Assembly (NCBI GenBank): GCA_973895155.1
Contig: OZ316891.1
Span: 14,911,037-14,975,036 of the forward strand
DNA: 64,000 nt
From: Marsupella aquatica
Taxonomy: Eukaryota; Plantae; Marchantiophyta
Direction of reading: 5' to 3'
Made by a program: the position numbers and the translations under genes. Below are positions 26,454 through 38,028 of this stretch, piece after piece. The number at the start of each line of letters is the position of its first letter. The stretch's first letter is position 1. The notes beneath the pieces were generated by a model. The model was given only the letters and a program-made list of their open reading frames with translations, had not been told where the DNA came from and did not search any database.

Positions 26454-29400
26454 ATGAGTGATTCAGAGGAGATTTTCGAAGACGTGGAACTTGAAGCACG
26501 AGGATCACCGCAGCGGTTTGTGGTGGAGAGAGAGGAGCAGGAGGAAGAGCACGTGACACCGATACCATCACCTGTGCGACGAGTGGTGGAGGAAGCAGTT
26601 CTTCTACCGGAGCTCACGGTAGTGCCAAAGAAGAAGATGGATACGTTCAAGCTTGGGAGACCCAAGTATGAAGTGACAAAGTATGATGGGCGCTCTGACT
26701 ACTTGCTTTGGGAGAAGCAGGTGAAGGGAGTGCTCTATGCGTCAGGGATGGGCCAACTATTGAGCCCTCGTGAAGACGATGTTGATGAGAAACAATGGGA
26801 TCGCATGCAGGAGCAGGGAGTGTGGTGTGTTACACTCTATCTCATGCCTCCCATCATCAAGCAGTTGGGTGCACATAAGGATTGCATGTCCTTGTTTGCG
26901 GAATTGCAGAGCAAGTATCACCGCAAGTAGTTGTCAAACCGGCTCTATACTTCCTACAAACTGATGAGTTTCAAGATGAAGAAATCTGGTACGAAGTTGT
27001 AGGACCATGTGGATGTTTTCAACGACATGGTCATTGACTTGGAAAACCTTGGGGAGACTTTGAATGATGAGACGAAGGCTCTGCAGCTTCTCAGTTCATT
27101 GCCTCCATCTTACCAATCCCTATCATGGATGTTGTTGTATCGTGATAGGGATACCATTTCATACAATGACGTGGTAAGTTCTCTGCTTAGTGATGATCTT
27201 CAGCAAAAGATGCACATCACGTCACAACCTTCATCCTCTGGTGCTGCCCTCATTGTTAACCATGGGAGGAGTATGCAGCGACCAACTGGGGAGCGTAGAA
27301 CCCAGTTTAGATCTAAATCCAGATCTAAGTCCAGAGGTAAATCCCCTCAGAGAAGGCAGGTGACATGTTGGAAGTGCAACCAGGTTGGACACTTCAAGCG
27401 AGACTGTAAGGGAAAGGTAGCTAAATCTTCATCGACAAATGTGGCTAGGGCTGATGGAGATGCTGATTTACTCAATGATGAGTATGTATTATGAAGCCAA
27501 GGGTATGCTCTATGCACGTTATCTAGGAGAGCAAATGATGTGTGGATTCTTGATTGTGCTTGCTCTTTTCACATTTGTTACATTCGAGAGTTTTTCAGTT
27601 CTTACTCTGTTTCAAACGCTTCAGTTCTGATGGGAAATGATCACTTCTGTCAAATTGAGGGTATTGGGTCTATGAAGATTCAAATGTTTGATGACACTAT
27701 GCGCACAGTGTCCGGAGTCAAGTATGTACTTGGCATGCGTAAGAATCTGATTTCACTTGGTGTGTTGGATTCAAATGGTCATCAATGGAGCATTATTGAT
27801 GGTGAACTTCAAGTCAGGTCGGGAGAGACAATGATCTTGAAGGGGAGCAGACAGAAGAATTTGTATGTGTTGTAGGGCAATACTGTATATGGAGAGGCCA
27901 ATGTAACCAAGTCTCACGAGGAGATGACTAATCTGTGGCATTCACGGCTAGGCCACATGAGTGAGAAGGGTTTGGCTATCTTACGGAAGAATGGACTCAT
28001 TTCTAATTTGCAATCTTGTAAATTAGAGTTCTGTGAGCATTGCATTCTTGGAAAGCAGCATCGTCGTGCTTTTGGTGTTGGAACTCATCGTTCCAAAGCG
28101 GTTCTTGAGTACATACATAGTGACGTGTGGGGTCCATCCCCGACTCCCTCACACTCTGGAAATTTGTACTATGTATCATTTATTGACGATTACTCAAGAT
28201 TTGTGTGGATTTATTTCATGACGCATAAGTCTGATGTCTTATCCATTTTTAAGAAGTGGAAGGCCCAGATGGAGAATCAGACTAGAAACACGGTTAAGTA
28301 TTTGGATACAAGGGTGAAGAGTCTGAGGTCTGACAACGGTGGGGAGTACACTTCAGTGGAATTTCAAGAGTATTCTTCAGAACAGGGGATAACTTGCCAT
28401 CTCACCACAGTTTATACTCCACAGCAGAATGGTGTCGCTGAGAGGCTTAATCATACACTGTTGGAGCGGTCACAGAGTATGTTGAGCCAATCAGGTTTAC
28501 CACAAGAATTTTGGGCAGAGGAAGTGATGCATATGCTCTCACACCAAAGCAAAATAGGACCAAGTTGGATCCTACCTCCAAGAAATATGTTTTTCTTGGG
28601 TACCAGAGTGGTGTGAAAGCCTATAGGCTATGGGATCCTATTGCCTGTAAGCTCGTTGTCAGTAGGGATGTTTCCTTCAATGAATCTAGATTATTGAAGG
28701 AGGGGGAGAATACTCAGATCTCCCGTACTGACAAAGGAAAATCTCCTATCCTGGATCTCGTTGAGGGGGAGATTGGTCATGAGGTCCATGACCGGAGAGA
28801 AGAAGTTGCTCCAAATATGGAGTTGGTTCCTGTGCCAGAGGAACCAGAGGAGTTTGTTGATGCTGGTGAACAGCAAGTGGATGCTACTGAGCTTCAGATT
28901 GTACCAGCACACATGGATCAACCAGAGTCATCGGCTAGAAGAACATCTGGTCGCACTGTACGCGCTCCACCAAGGTATGGACAGTGGGTTGATTCATCTC
29001 AATTGCAAGAGGAGGTTTTGTTACTGACGATGAGGGTGATGGGTTGATTTTGGAAGAAGGGGAACCTTCTTCATTTCATGAGGCAAGTGCTTCTAAGGAG
29101 AAGCAGGAGTGGACTGCAACAATGCAAACGGAGATGCAGTCACTGAAGTACAACAAAACTTGGGAGCTTGTCAAGCTGCCTGAGGGACAGCAAGTGGTGG
29201 ACAACAAGTGGATATACAAGCTAAAGGATCAATTCACGGGAGGTGGATCGAAGGTCTACAAGGCTAGGTTGGTAGCCAAGGGATTCACACAGAAAAAAAA
29301 TGTGTGGATTACAATGAGGTCTTCTCACCAGTTGTTAAGTACTCAACAATACGGCTATTGTGTGTGCTTGTTGTAATGTTTGATCTGTTGCTAGATCAGA

Positions 29401-30530
29401 TGGATGTTGTCACAGCCTTCCTCTATGGCACCTTGGAAGAGGTGATCTTCATGAGACAGCCGCTAGGTTTTGTGAAGAGAGGGCAAGAGGATTTGGTTTG
29501 TAGATTGCTGAGATCCTTGTACGAGTTGAAGCAGTCACCAAGACAGTGGAATAAGCGGTTTGATGATTGGATTCGTGCACAAGGCTTTCACAGGAGTGTG
29601 TTTGACCCATGTGTGTATCTGAAACCGGTGAAGAATGTTGTCTTTGGGTTCATTGTTTTAGTACTTTATGTGGATGACATGCTTATTGCGGCCAAGGACA
29701 GGTCTGAGATTGTTAAGCTCAAGGCACTACTAAGTGCAGAGTTTAAGATGAAGAACTTAGGGCCAGCTAAGAGGATTTTGGGTATGGAGATCACTAGGGA
29801 CTTGGAGGCTGGCAAGCTATGGTTGACGCAGAGCAGTTATGCGATGAAGGTAATCGCAAGGTTCAACATGGGGGATAGCAAGCCAGTAAGTACCCCGTTG
29901 GCTCCACACTTCAAGTTGTCATCAGCATTCTGTCCTACGGATGAGACAGAGAAGGGGCTGATGTCAAAGGTTTCTTATGACAAGACAGTGGGGAGTCTCA
30001 TGTATTTGATGACCTACACTAGACCTGATCTTGCCATGGCTATGGGCAAGGTGAGTAGGTACATGTCGAATCGATGCTGACTATGCACAGGATCTGGATC
30101 GAAGGAGGTCAACAACAGGTTATGTGTTCACACTAGGAGGTGGATGCATAAGTTGGAGATCTACTCTACAGAAGTGTATTGCCAGTCTACTACAGAAGCG
30201 GAGTATGTTGCAGCAACGGAAGCATCAAAGGAAGCAATTTGGTTGGATAGACTTATCACTAAGATGGGATTGCCACAGGGGAATGTGAAGCTCCATTGTG
30301 ATAGTGAGAGTGCACTCCACCTTGCTGTGAACCAGGTGATGGATAGCAGAGTGAAGCACATCGACGTCAGGTACCATTTTATCAGGCAGGCTGTGTCTGA
30401 TAATATGTTTGAGCTAGTCAAGATTGACGGTAAATTCAACCCGGTTGACGCATTTACCAAAGTGATTCCTTTGGAGAGTTTTTCTAGACACCGTGATGCG
30501 TTGCAGGTTTTGCAATTGCCTCACAAGTAG
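26454..30530 (+). pseudogene. Copia gag-pol polyprotein, disrupted
   Basis: Same motifs as copy 1 (CWKC Zn knuckle, WILDC, RSDNGGEY, YTPQQNGVAER, YVDD, KHIDVRYH), with stops, frameshifts and deletions near 28520 and 30071. Confidence 0.95.
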
Positions 30531-30720
30531 GGTTACTTAATATTTGTGTAGATACTGAGATATGCTCTTGCTCATTCCTTGTATAGGCTACGGCTTAGTT
30601 CTGGTCTACTCTCGTATAAAGAGGGAAAAACCCTTTTGGTTTTTCTTTCTAGAACTTCCCGCTGAGCAATCATATTGGTAGCAGTCTTTACCCTCTCCTA
30701 GACTAGAGTCAAGGGGGAGA

Positions 30721-30818
30721 TTGTTAGGATTTACTCTTAGGTCTAGAGTTACGATTGTACCATAGTTAATTGTTGGGATTTACTCTTAGGTCTAGAGTTA
30801 CGATTGTACCATAGTTAA
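30721..30818 (+). repeat. 49-bp tandem duplication of the start of the Copia-2 3' LTR
   Basis: 30721-30769 and 30770-30818 differ by one base. Confidence 0.92.
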
Positions 30819-31982
30819 GGCTAATCTTAGTCGCTGACATGGTTAGGTTAGTCATGTTGTGCACACTCTATAAGCAAGCAGTGTTTGCTTGGAGAGATGG
30901 AACTCAGGCTCATTCTTACGGAGCTAGTTGAGAGATAGAGAGAGCTTGTGCTGTGGATGCCTGGTATGGCCGGTGGGCCTAGAGTGCAGTAAAGCTCTTG
31001 TGTGTTCCTGTGGACATAGCCTCATGATCGAGGAGGTGAACCACGTATCTCTCTGTGTCGACTATTGTGCGTTGGATGATTCACGGGCTTGCCGTTGCGA
31101 TCGTCGTTGATACTTAACAGACAGTAGATGGCTTGATGCATATAATGAGGGTGCAGTGTGCTAAACCCCTTTAATGCACACTTTAAGGCAGCTAGGGAAA
31201 CCCAACTAATACAAATCATTTAACTTATGTTTACTTAGGTACAGTAAAATGGGCATGTTAGGGGTTTCTGCTAAATAAGAGGTTTAGGGTGCACTCCCAC
31301 CCACACTTAGGATTAGAATAACTGGGAGTAAAGTATCATGATTTTTAGAAAATTAGCTTTACAAAACTTGACTATTCCCTAAGTCTTCCAACTGTATTTT
31401 TGGCCTAACTTGTTTCCTACCCCCCAGATCAAGTTTTTTGGTCCTTTTGATAGGGTGAAAAGTTTCAAACAGTTATTGTCAATTCTGTCAGTCAGAATTT
31501 ACTGCTTGATAGCTCTCATGCCTATCCTCCTTTGATACTTCCCACCATAGCAATGGCCTCCAAGAGAAAATTCAGCTGATCATCTGAATTTCTTTTGCTT
31601 GCTTGGAGGAGGTTTTCTGCCGTGACAGGAAACAGTAACAGGAAACAGGAAATGGTAACAGTAAAATAAGTGAGGAAATTTACACAATATTTGCGACATC
31701 CATCAATAAAAAGGGTGTATAAAAATGCCGAGTATATTAGTAGCGCCTGGCGCTACTTTAAAATGTGTGTTACATGGTAGCAAAAACACAAAGCCCGATG
31801 ACAATACAAAATCTTAAGAGATACCATGAGCAGAAAAATGGCTAAAGAATTGGGATGTAGTAAGCTTGCAAGAAAACATGGAGAACCGAGACTACAACCT
31901 AACACCTTCAATCTCCGATGGCGGTAGCGCCAGGCGCTACTATCGCAAAAGTCTTTAAGAAGACTCCATCTTTCAAACAATC

Positions 31983-32453
31983 TCAGGACGTCGATGAATG
32001 ACACTCATCATCGACTCCCGCATTGAAGCGATCCTCGTCTCGGCGAAATCCATCCTCTCGCTCAACAAAAAAACGCAGTCCTAGAAGGCGACTCCTCAGC
32101 CTGCAATTTGGAATGTTGGAGTCAGAAAATCCAACTCGCCCGGTCCATTGTTGAATGCCCCTAAAAAACGCCGTCCATCCAACCCTATAGACATCGGAAG
32201 GATCCAGATCGTGAATAGAGAACCGTTCTCTAAAAGACCGGGGAGGAGACGAATCAGGGCATGATTCTGGTTTTGCTCGAAGGCTTATCCCCTCGTCCAA
32301 GGCCAGCCATAGTCGATTCCTCTCCATTGAGGTGACAGGGTGAGGAGTCTCATCAATCGGGACCTCTGAGGCAAGCAAATCAATTGAAGCTTTGCCTTCC
32401 AACTTTGTGGGGCCGGAAGTTCTCTCACACAAGACTTGCTTTCCTTTCTCCAT
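31983..32453 (-). CDS. Putative accessory ORF of the MULE (156 aa, unknown function)
   Basis: ATG-initiated ORF inside the element, on the same strand as the ParB-MTase gene; no recognisable domain. Confidence 0.35.
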   Translation of the reverse strand: MEKGKQVLCERTSGPTKLEGKASIDLLASEVPIDETPHPVTSMERNRLWLALDEGISLRAKPESCPDSSPPRSFRERFSIHDLDPSDVYRVGWTAFFRGIQQWTGRVGFSDSNIPNCRLRSRLLGLRFFVEREDGFRRDEDRFNAGVDDECHSSTS

Positions 32454-32855
32454 GGTCTCTGGATCAATGTCTATGCCGCGCTAAACGCAAAAGAGCTCCT
32501 GGAAATCCTCGAACATCGGCGATGTCAAACGGAGAGGGTGTAAAATAGAAGAGGGTGTCGAAATACCTACCGTTGCGAAGGAATTCAACCTAGGGAAACA
32601 GGTATGTATGGTAGTCAAGGTCATTAAGGATTTTCATCGTACATCAGTACATGTACTTGCAGTTTGGAAAACATTACACTACACTTCACATCAGAAAAAG
32701 ATATGCGGAAGCTAATACCTTTCCCACTTTGTATTTATATAAAATTGATGCGTACAATAAGTAGCGCCTGACGCTACTATTTTGGAGGAGGTAATATGTT
32801 TTAAAATCATGAATATATAACTAATCTAATTTAAACTAACCTAATCCAATGTAAT

Positions 32856-33168
32856 CTAATCTCCAGATTCCGACTCACTACTCTCCGATCTATCCGTACT
32901 CTCTGCTTCATCGTCGATAAATTCATTTCGTTCCATATCATCGACAAATGGATGACGGATGAACTTTCTATCCAAACCACGTCTCAATCGCAAGCCCTTA
33001 TTCTCCCAGGTCAGGGTTCTTCTACTCTCTTCTTTGCGAGCGGCATACTCTGCGTATGAAGGCAATACAAATGGTTTCTCAAGGGTAATTAGGACTTTGC
33101 TTGAAAATTTCCTTCACAGATTGAACCTCTCGCGAAGATTCCACTCTGACCTACGAGTCAGTTGAAAC
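32856..33168 (-). pseudogene. Possible small accessory ORF or exon with an acidic C-terminus
   Basis: Frame reads FQLTRRSEWNLRERFNL*RKFSSK...LPSYAEY...EFIDDEAESTDRSESSESESGD, with one internal TGA. Confidence 0.3.
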
Positions 33169-33258
33169 ACTAAGTACACTTCGAGAGATTCCAGTAATTC
33201 AAGTATGCAAGATAAAAAGAAAACGGAAAGTTAAGTAATGTAAAGGAGCTTACGGGCA

Positions 33259-36200
33259 TTACTCAGAAGAATCTGAATCTTCCGTTTCTCCTTCTGAATT
33301 CCCCTCATCCTTTTTCTCTCCTTCTTTCTGGACATCAATCCCGGCCTCTTCATCAGCTACATCGTCTTCCTCTTCTTCGGAATCAAAATTCAGAACAGAT
33401 CAAACTTTATCTTTCACTTTTTTCTCCATGTCTTTGCTCGGACCAGCCTCACTCAATTCTTTCGGGAGGAGCAAGTCAGTGTATGTCCTCTCTGCAATAG
33501 AAACAAATTCCTTGCGATTCTCAATCCCAAGGATGAAACGGCCACAAAAATCACCAGCCACAAATGTACTTCCTGACCCAACCGTCCAGTCCATAATAAT
33601 ATCTCCCGGACGAGAAATTAACTCCAGGACAGACTGCATGAAGCCAACCGGTAGTCGTGCATTCCCTGCAAATGCAGCTTCTTGAACAGGATCCTTCTTT
33701 AGAGTCTGCAGCCCAATGAGGTTTGTGATTGAAGGGTCCTCGGTTGAAGACAAAGGCTTGAACTTTGAATATTTGGGGACCCTAACCTTCGATGTAACTC
33801 GACTAAAGATATCAAGTCTTAAGGTGAAAACCTGGAAAATAAACAGTATTCAATATGAGATTTGGTAACATATATTAATAGCGTCTGGCGCTACCCAAAA
33901 GACCCTGTGTACACGAGGACATTTACATGTGAACATCAAACATGAAATGAGATCTATTAATAGCGCCAAGCGCTAGCAAATGATTCTCTTGATTCAAAAG
34001 GACAATTACCTAACAATCGCTTTTGGCCATGTACATTGGGGCACCCATAACAACGTTGAGCGTTTTGAGGCACTGGAACTTTTGGGAATCTTGGCTGGCC
34101 GAAATTACTTGGGAGATCTGGTCATACTCCCCAGTGTGCAAAACTGCTAACAACCCATCATCGGCAAGAAATGGGTCCATTGCCCGAAAGAAAGAGCCAA
34201 CCATTCGGTGATCCGGTACATTCCACTTTGGCGATTTTTGGTGAAGCAAAGAAGGTCGTAGACCTGTCGGTAGGTAGACAAAACCCGCATCCACCCCAAA
34301 AGATCTCAACTTGCCTCCCCTAACTACCCCTTTCTCCCGGAGACCAAGTGTCACTAAGTCTTTTCCCCACTTCTCGACATTCGTCACCCACCTGGGTTTA
34401 GTCTCTTTTGTAAAAATAGAATCAAAAAAGTCCATTAGACTGGACTCAACAAACATATGACGGCAAACTTTGGACTTGAATTGACCAACTTCTCGTTGGA
34501 TGCCAGTACATGCATACGAATCTCTAGAAGAAGAACCGAGATCAAGAGTTTTCTTCTTCTTTTTTCTGGTGCTTGTGGCATCAACCGGACGATCAATGTT
34601 GGTATTTGCAGGAGGAGTCTGCTCTTGGGTAGCATCGGCAGCCTCAGTGTTTGCTTCAGATTGATCAGGGGTAATGGTCGTCTTTGCATCTTGAGTTTCT
34701 TCTCCCTCTGATTTCCTACCCCCTGTAGAGAATCGAAAAGGTAAGAACACTGGGAAAACTATAACAGCGCCCGGCGCTAGCCAAACATTTACTTTCTAAA
34801 TTCTCGTGTATGAGTATACATTTAATAGTTTAAAGTAGCGCTTGGCGCTAACCAAAATCAATGCAAACAACTAAGTGAATTTCAGAGGAAAAGATCAAGA
34901 AGAATTGCAAAAAGTCATATAACTTACGTTTTCTTCCGGATCTCGTGGACGGGCTATTCAATCCTGTATCAACTTTTACTTTTGCGCAAGGTCTTCGGCT
35001 CCTGTCAACATGTAAGACTTCAGTCTCACATATTTTTTGAAGCTCCACTGCAGAAGCTTCAACGTCTCCCACCAATCCTTCCTTCATCTCAGACAACCAT
35101 TTCCGAGGAACTAAAGATTTGGACAATTTCAAAAAGGCATCTTTCTCAGATTCATCAAAAGGTGTATCCCACTTATCAGTATCGAGGTACTAGGGACAGT
35201 TTGTTCGCTCCCAAACAGAAATGTCACGTGGAGGATTGGCTCTTTCTGCAGGATACATCGAGTAAACCTCACTGAAATCATCCCCATCCATGACCGACCA
35301 CCTCTGGAATGCAGGAGGATAAGCCCAAAAATATTCAGGAGAATTGCTCTCCATGGACAAGAAGAACCAATAAAGGTATCTCTTTGCCCGCTTCTGGTTT
35401 CGGGAAGAAAAATCTTCTTTCTCCCCGTACTTTGACGCCCACATTGTGTTAAAAAACTTTGCCTTGACTGTATCTCCATAACTTTTGAAATCATTGCAAA
35501 TCGTCTGCACTAAAGCATCAAAAGTTTCTACACCTCCTGTGACAAGTCGTTCCGGAGGCATGACAGATTGAACTTGTCTGAGAGCAGTCTGCATCATCCC
35601 CATTGAAATTCCTTCGATCCAACTCCACATGTGCAAAGTGTGACACCATTGTTTAACTGGTTCGTCATTCACACTCGGCGGATGGAAAAATTGCTTGCGA
35701 AGTTCGGGCGTGCAATGCGCCACAAGAAGAGTGGAATGCAACTTTGGGTCCAAAGCTGAGACGGCAGTAAAGAGACGAGAACGATCCATCGTGCAAACCA
35801 CAGCGTCTACTTTCCGTTCTCACTTGTTTTTCTCTGTCAGCGTGTACATTTCCGCACATGTTGACAGAAAATCTTCGAATTTGGGGCTAAGGAGTGGAGT
35901 GATCTTTGAGGTCTTCACGCTCCATTCTTTTGTGGCCTCCTTCATCATTGTCGCATGACACTTGGTGACCTCCTCCTTTGACCACGGCCTCCCTTGAGTG
36001 TTTGCAGTCGCCATGTCCAATTTGAATTGCATAGAGTATGACTTGATCTTGTTCTCGCACAAGATGTACACAAGGGCCTCCAAAGGCATCTTCTTCATAT
36101 ACCAAGAGCCTTTCCTTGTCTTTGCGCGAATTGCCTCAAAGCATTTGAAGTTTCTGGCGTCAATTATCGTCTTGTAATAATCAAGGTCATGGGACAGAAT

Positions 36201-37056
36201 TTGACTAATTCTGTCAGCATCGAGGATCCACGACGGTTCTACAACGGCTTGCCCCAATCTGTATACAACCATTTGTTAGCGCCAGACGCTAACCAAAATC
36301 CCACAATTGAAAATTTGTCCAAATCAAAGAAAATGACCAAACTTACTGATTGACAGTGTGCATGGCGGCTTCAATCTCAATAAGAGAACCTCGATCTCCC
36401 TTGAACACAGTGCATAGCACACAAGGGTGGTACTTGATATTTTCGGGGTTCTCTTTTATTACCTGCGACCAGGAATATAGACGATGATTCCCGTTGAACA
36501 CACAAAACATCTTATCTTTTAAGACAAGGAAATCTGGATCTGCTTCACAGTCCGCTTCAAATTTCTCATTCTGGACAGTCCAGACAGCATCCAAACTCTT
36601 GCGGATTTTGGGGGTACAAAATTGGATGACGCCTTTAGAAACAGCGGGTTGCACGTAGAATCGCATCGCAATGGAGGAGTTGTAACCGGAACTGCGAAAT
36701 GATTCTTTTAGCTTCTCGATTGAAGCGCTCTCCTTCTGGAGAGTCCAAACAACTTCCATATTGACCAGGCGACAAAGCGGTATACGCGGAGGGTCCTTGG
36801 GCTCTCCTCTGAAATTAGTGTCGAGCGACATTGCATGTTTGGCAATCACATCTCCCATCGCTAGCGACCCTTCACACCCGTCTTCCATGATGAAATCACT
36901 CGAATTCTCCATGACACCTCGTCTCTGCGTTGGGAAAGTCTGCGCAGAGTTCCGAAGAGAATGCGATGTAGTCGAGCGAGTAACGCGTCGTGTGTAAATA
37001 GAACCAGCGAACGATGTCTCCGATGTTTGAGAATTACCTGGGGAAGTGTTGTCCAT
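33259..37056 (-). pseudogene. ParB/Srx-like domain + beta-class N4C/N6A DNA methyltransferase-like fusion; ~1108 aa in 4 exons (37056-36347, 36258-34928, 34722-34010, 33831-33259), with 4 premature stops
   Basis: All three GT-AG introns preserve frame (3327 nt in total). ParB-like FCVFNGNHRLYSW at ~36470-36505. MTase motif IV-like VDAGFVYLPTG..W..FFRAMDPFLADDGLLAV precedes motif X/I PVGFMQSVLELISRPGDIIMDWTVGSGSTFVAG..GRFILGIE, which is the beta-class order. In-frame stops at 35820, 35190, 34010 and 33400; acidic tail. Confidence 0.82.
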
Positions 37057-37484
37057 CTCGGGATAAAGAGTCTTTGGCCCTAAAATTTGGAGAGTTCTCA
37101 GCCACTCACAAAGGCCTGCAACGTACTGTTGCAACCAAATAGATACGACCCACGTCCGAAACAGCCAGTATGGAGACCGTTTTCCTGCAACAGAATGACA
37201 CGACAGCAAGATCAGATTTGTCAAATTGACCTTTGACAGGAAAAAGATCCCAAAAAGGCCGACAGCTGACTTAAATATGAATGTTCCATGATGAAAAATA
37301 TCAGGTAATCGAGCAATCGAACCAAAGAGAAAGGGACAGTTGGCATATAGTACTGACGTGGCTACTCAAATGTAACAAAAAATCTCATAATTAACATTCA
37401 TTCAAGAGGTAAAAATGGTCACACAGGCATAAAGTTACCATTACAAATATCCGTTGGACAGACAACTCGGAGGATAAACATTAA

Positions 37485-37912
37485 TAGCGCCCGGCGCTAT
37501 CATAAACATCACTCCTTCTAGACCAAAAAGTACACATATTTTCTTTTGAGTCGACCCTGAAATACTAGTAATCCACTGAGTTTCAATAATAGCGCCCGAC
37601 GCTATTATTGATTGTTGTCTAACATTCATAAAATCTTTCAAATGTTCCATCATATACATCAGAATCTCTTGTTTTTTCATTTTCCGCAATAATAGCGCCA
37701 GGCGCTATCAATGGAGAGTATCAAACAAAGTCATGTTTTGCATAATTCTGATTTTAAATTTCACGCTTTTGAACGATGATCTGGTAGGGTTTTTGCTAGC
37801 GCTTGGCGCTATTATTCTCCGTTGTGAAAATGTCCGTTAAATTAACAGAAACATTTTGTTTTCAACGGTCATCCGTCGCCATTTATCTCAAATTTATCCG
37901 TTGAGTTAACGG
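37485..37912. promoter_or_regulatory. Putative bidirectional promoter region: four phased palindromes plus an AACGG/CCGTT cluster
   Basis: Palindrome spacings of 105, 103 and 104 bp; five AACGG/CCGTT motifs in 37819-37912; lies between ATG 37056 (-) and ATG 38029 (+). Confidence 0.5.
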
Positions 37913-38028
37913 TAAAGTTCTAAATATTTTTTGCGTTTGAGTGTGGTTTCTTCGTTCTTGATGATTTACTTGAGGGAAATAATAAACCGAGGCTGGAAAC
38001 ACCCTTACCATTTTTTCATTCTGTCAGA

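Larger units (their letters stand above)
25036..31119 (+). mobile_element. Ty1/Copia LTR retrotransposon, copy 2 (decayed, two ~120-bp internal deletions)
   Basis: LTRs at 25036-25380 and 30722-31119; TSD GACAA/GACAG; PBS at 25383; PPT at 30711-30720; same family as copy 1. Confidence 0.96.

Noticed and set aside
31660-31700. Exact MULE terminus and a 9-bp TSD (with 42190-42215)
   Set aside because: Only weak inverted similarity, and the flanks do not give a convincing duplication, so the boundaries are left approximate.
33259-37056. Bacterial contamination as the source of the ParB/MTase sequence
   Set aside because: The gene has three frame-preserving spliceosomal introns and is embedded among plant TEs and genes.
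37485-37811. CRISPR-like appearance (palindromic repeats with unique, equal-length spacers)
   Set aside because: Repeats are only 15 bp and spacers ~89 bp; there are no cas genes, the context is eukaryotic with introns, and the same motif is scattered in introns.
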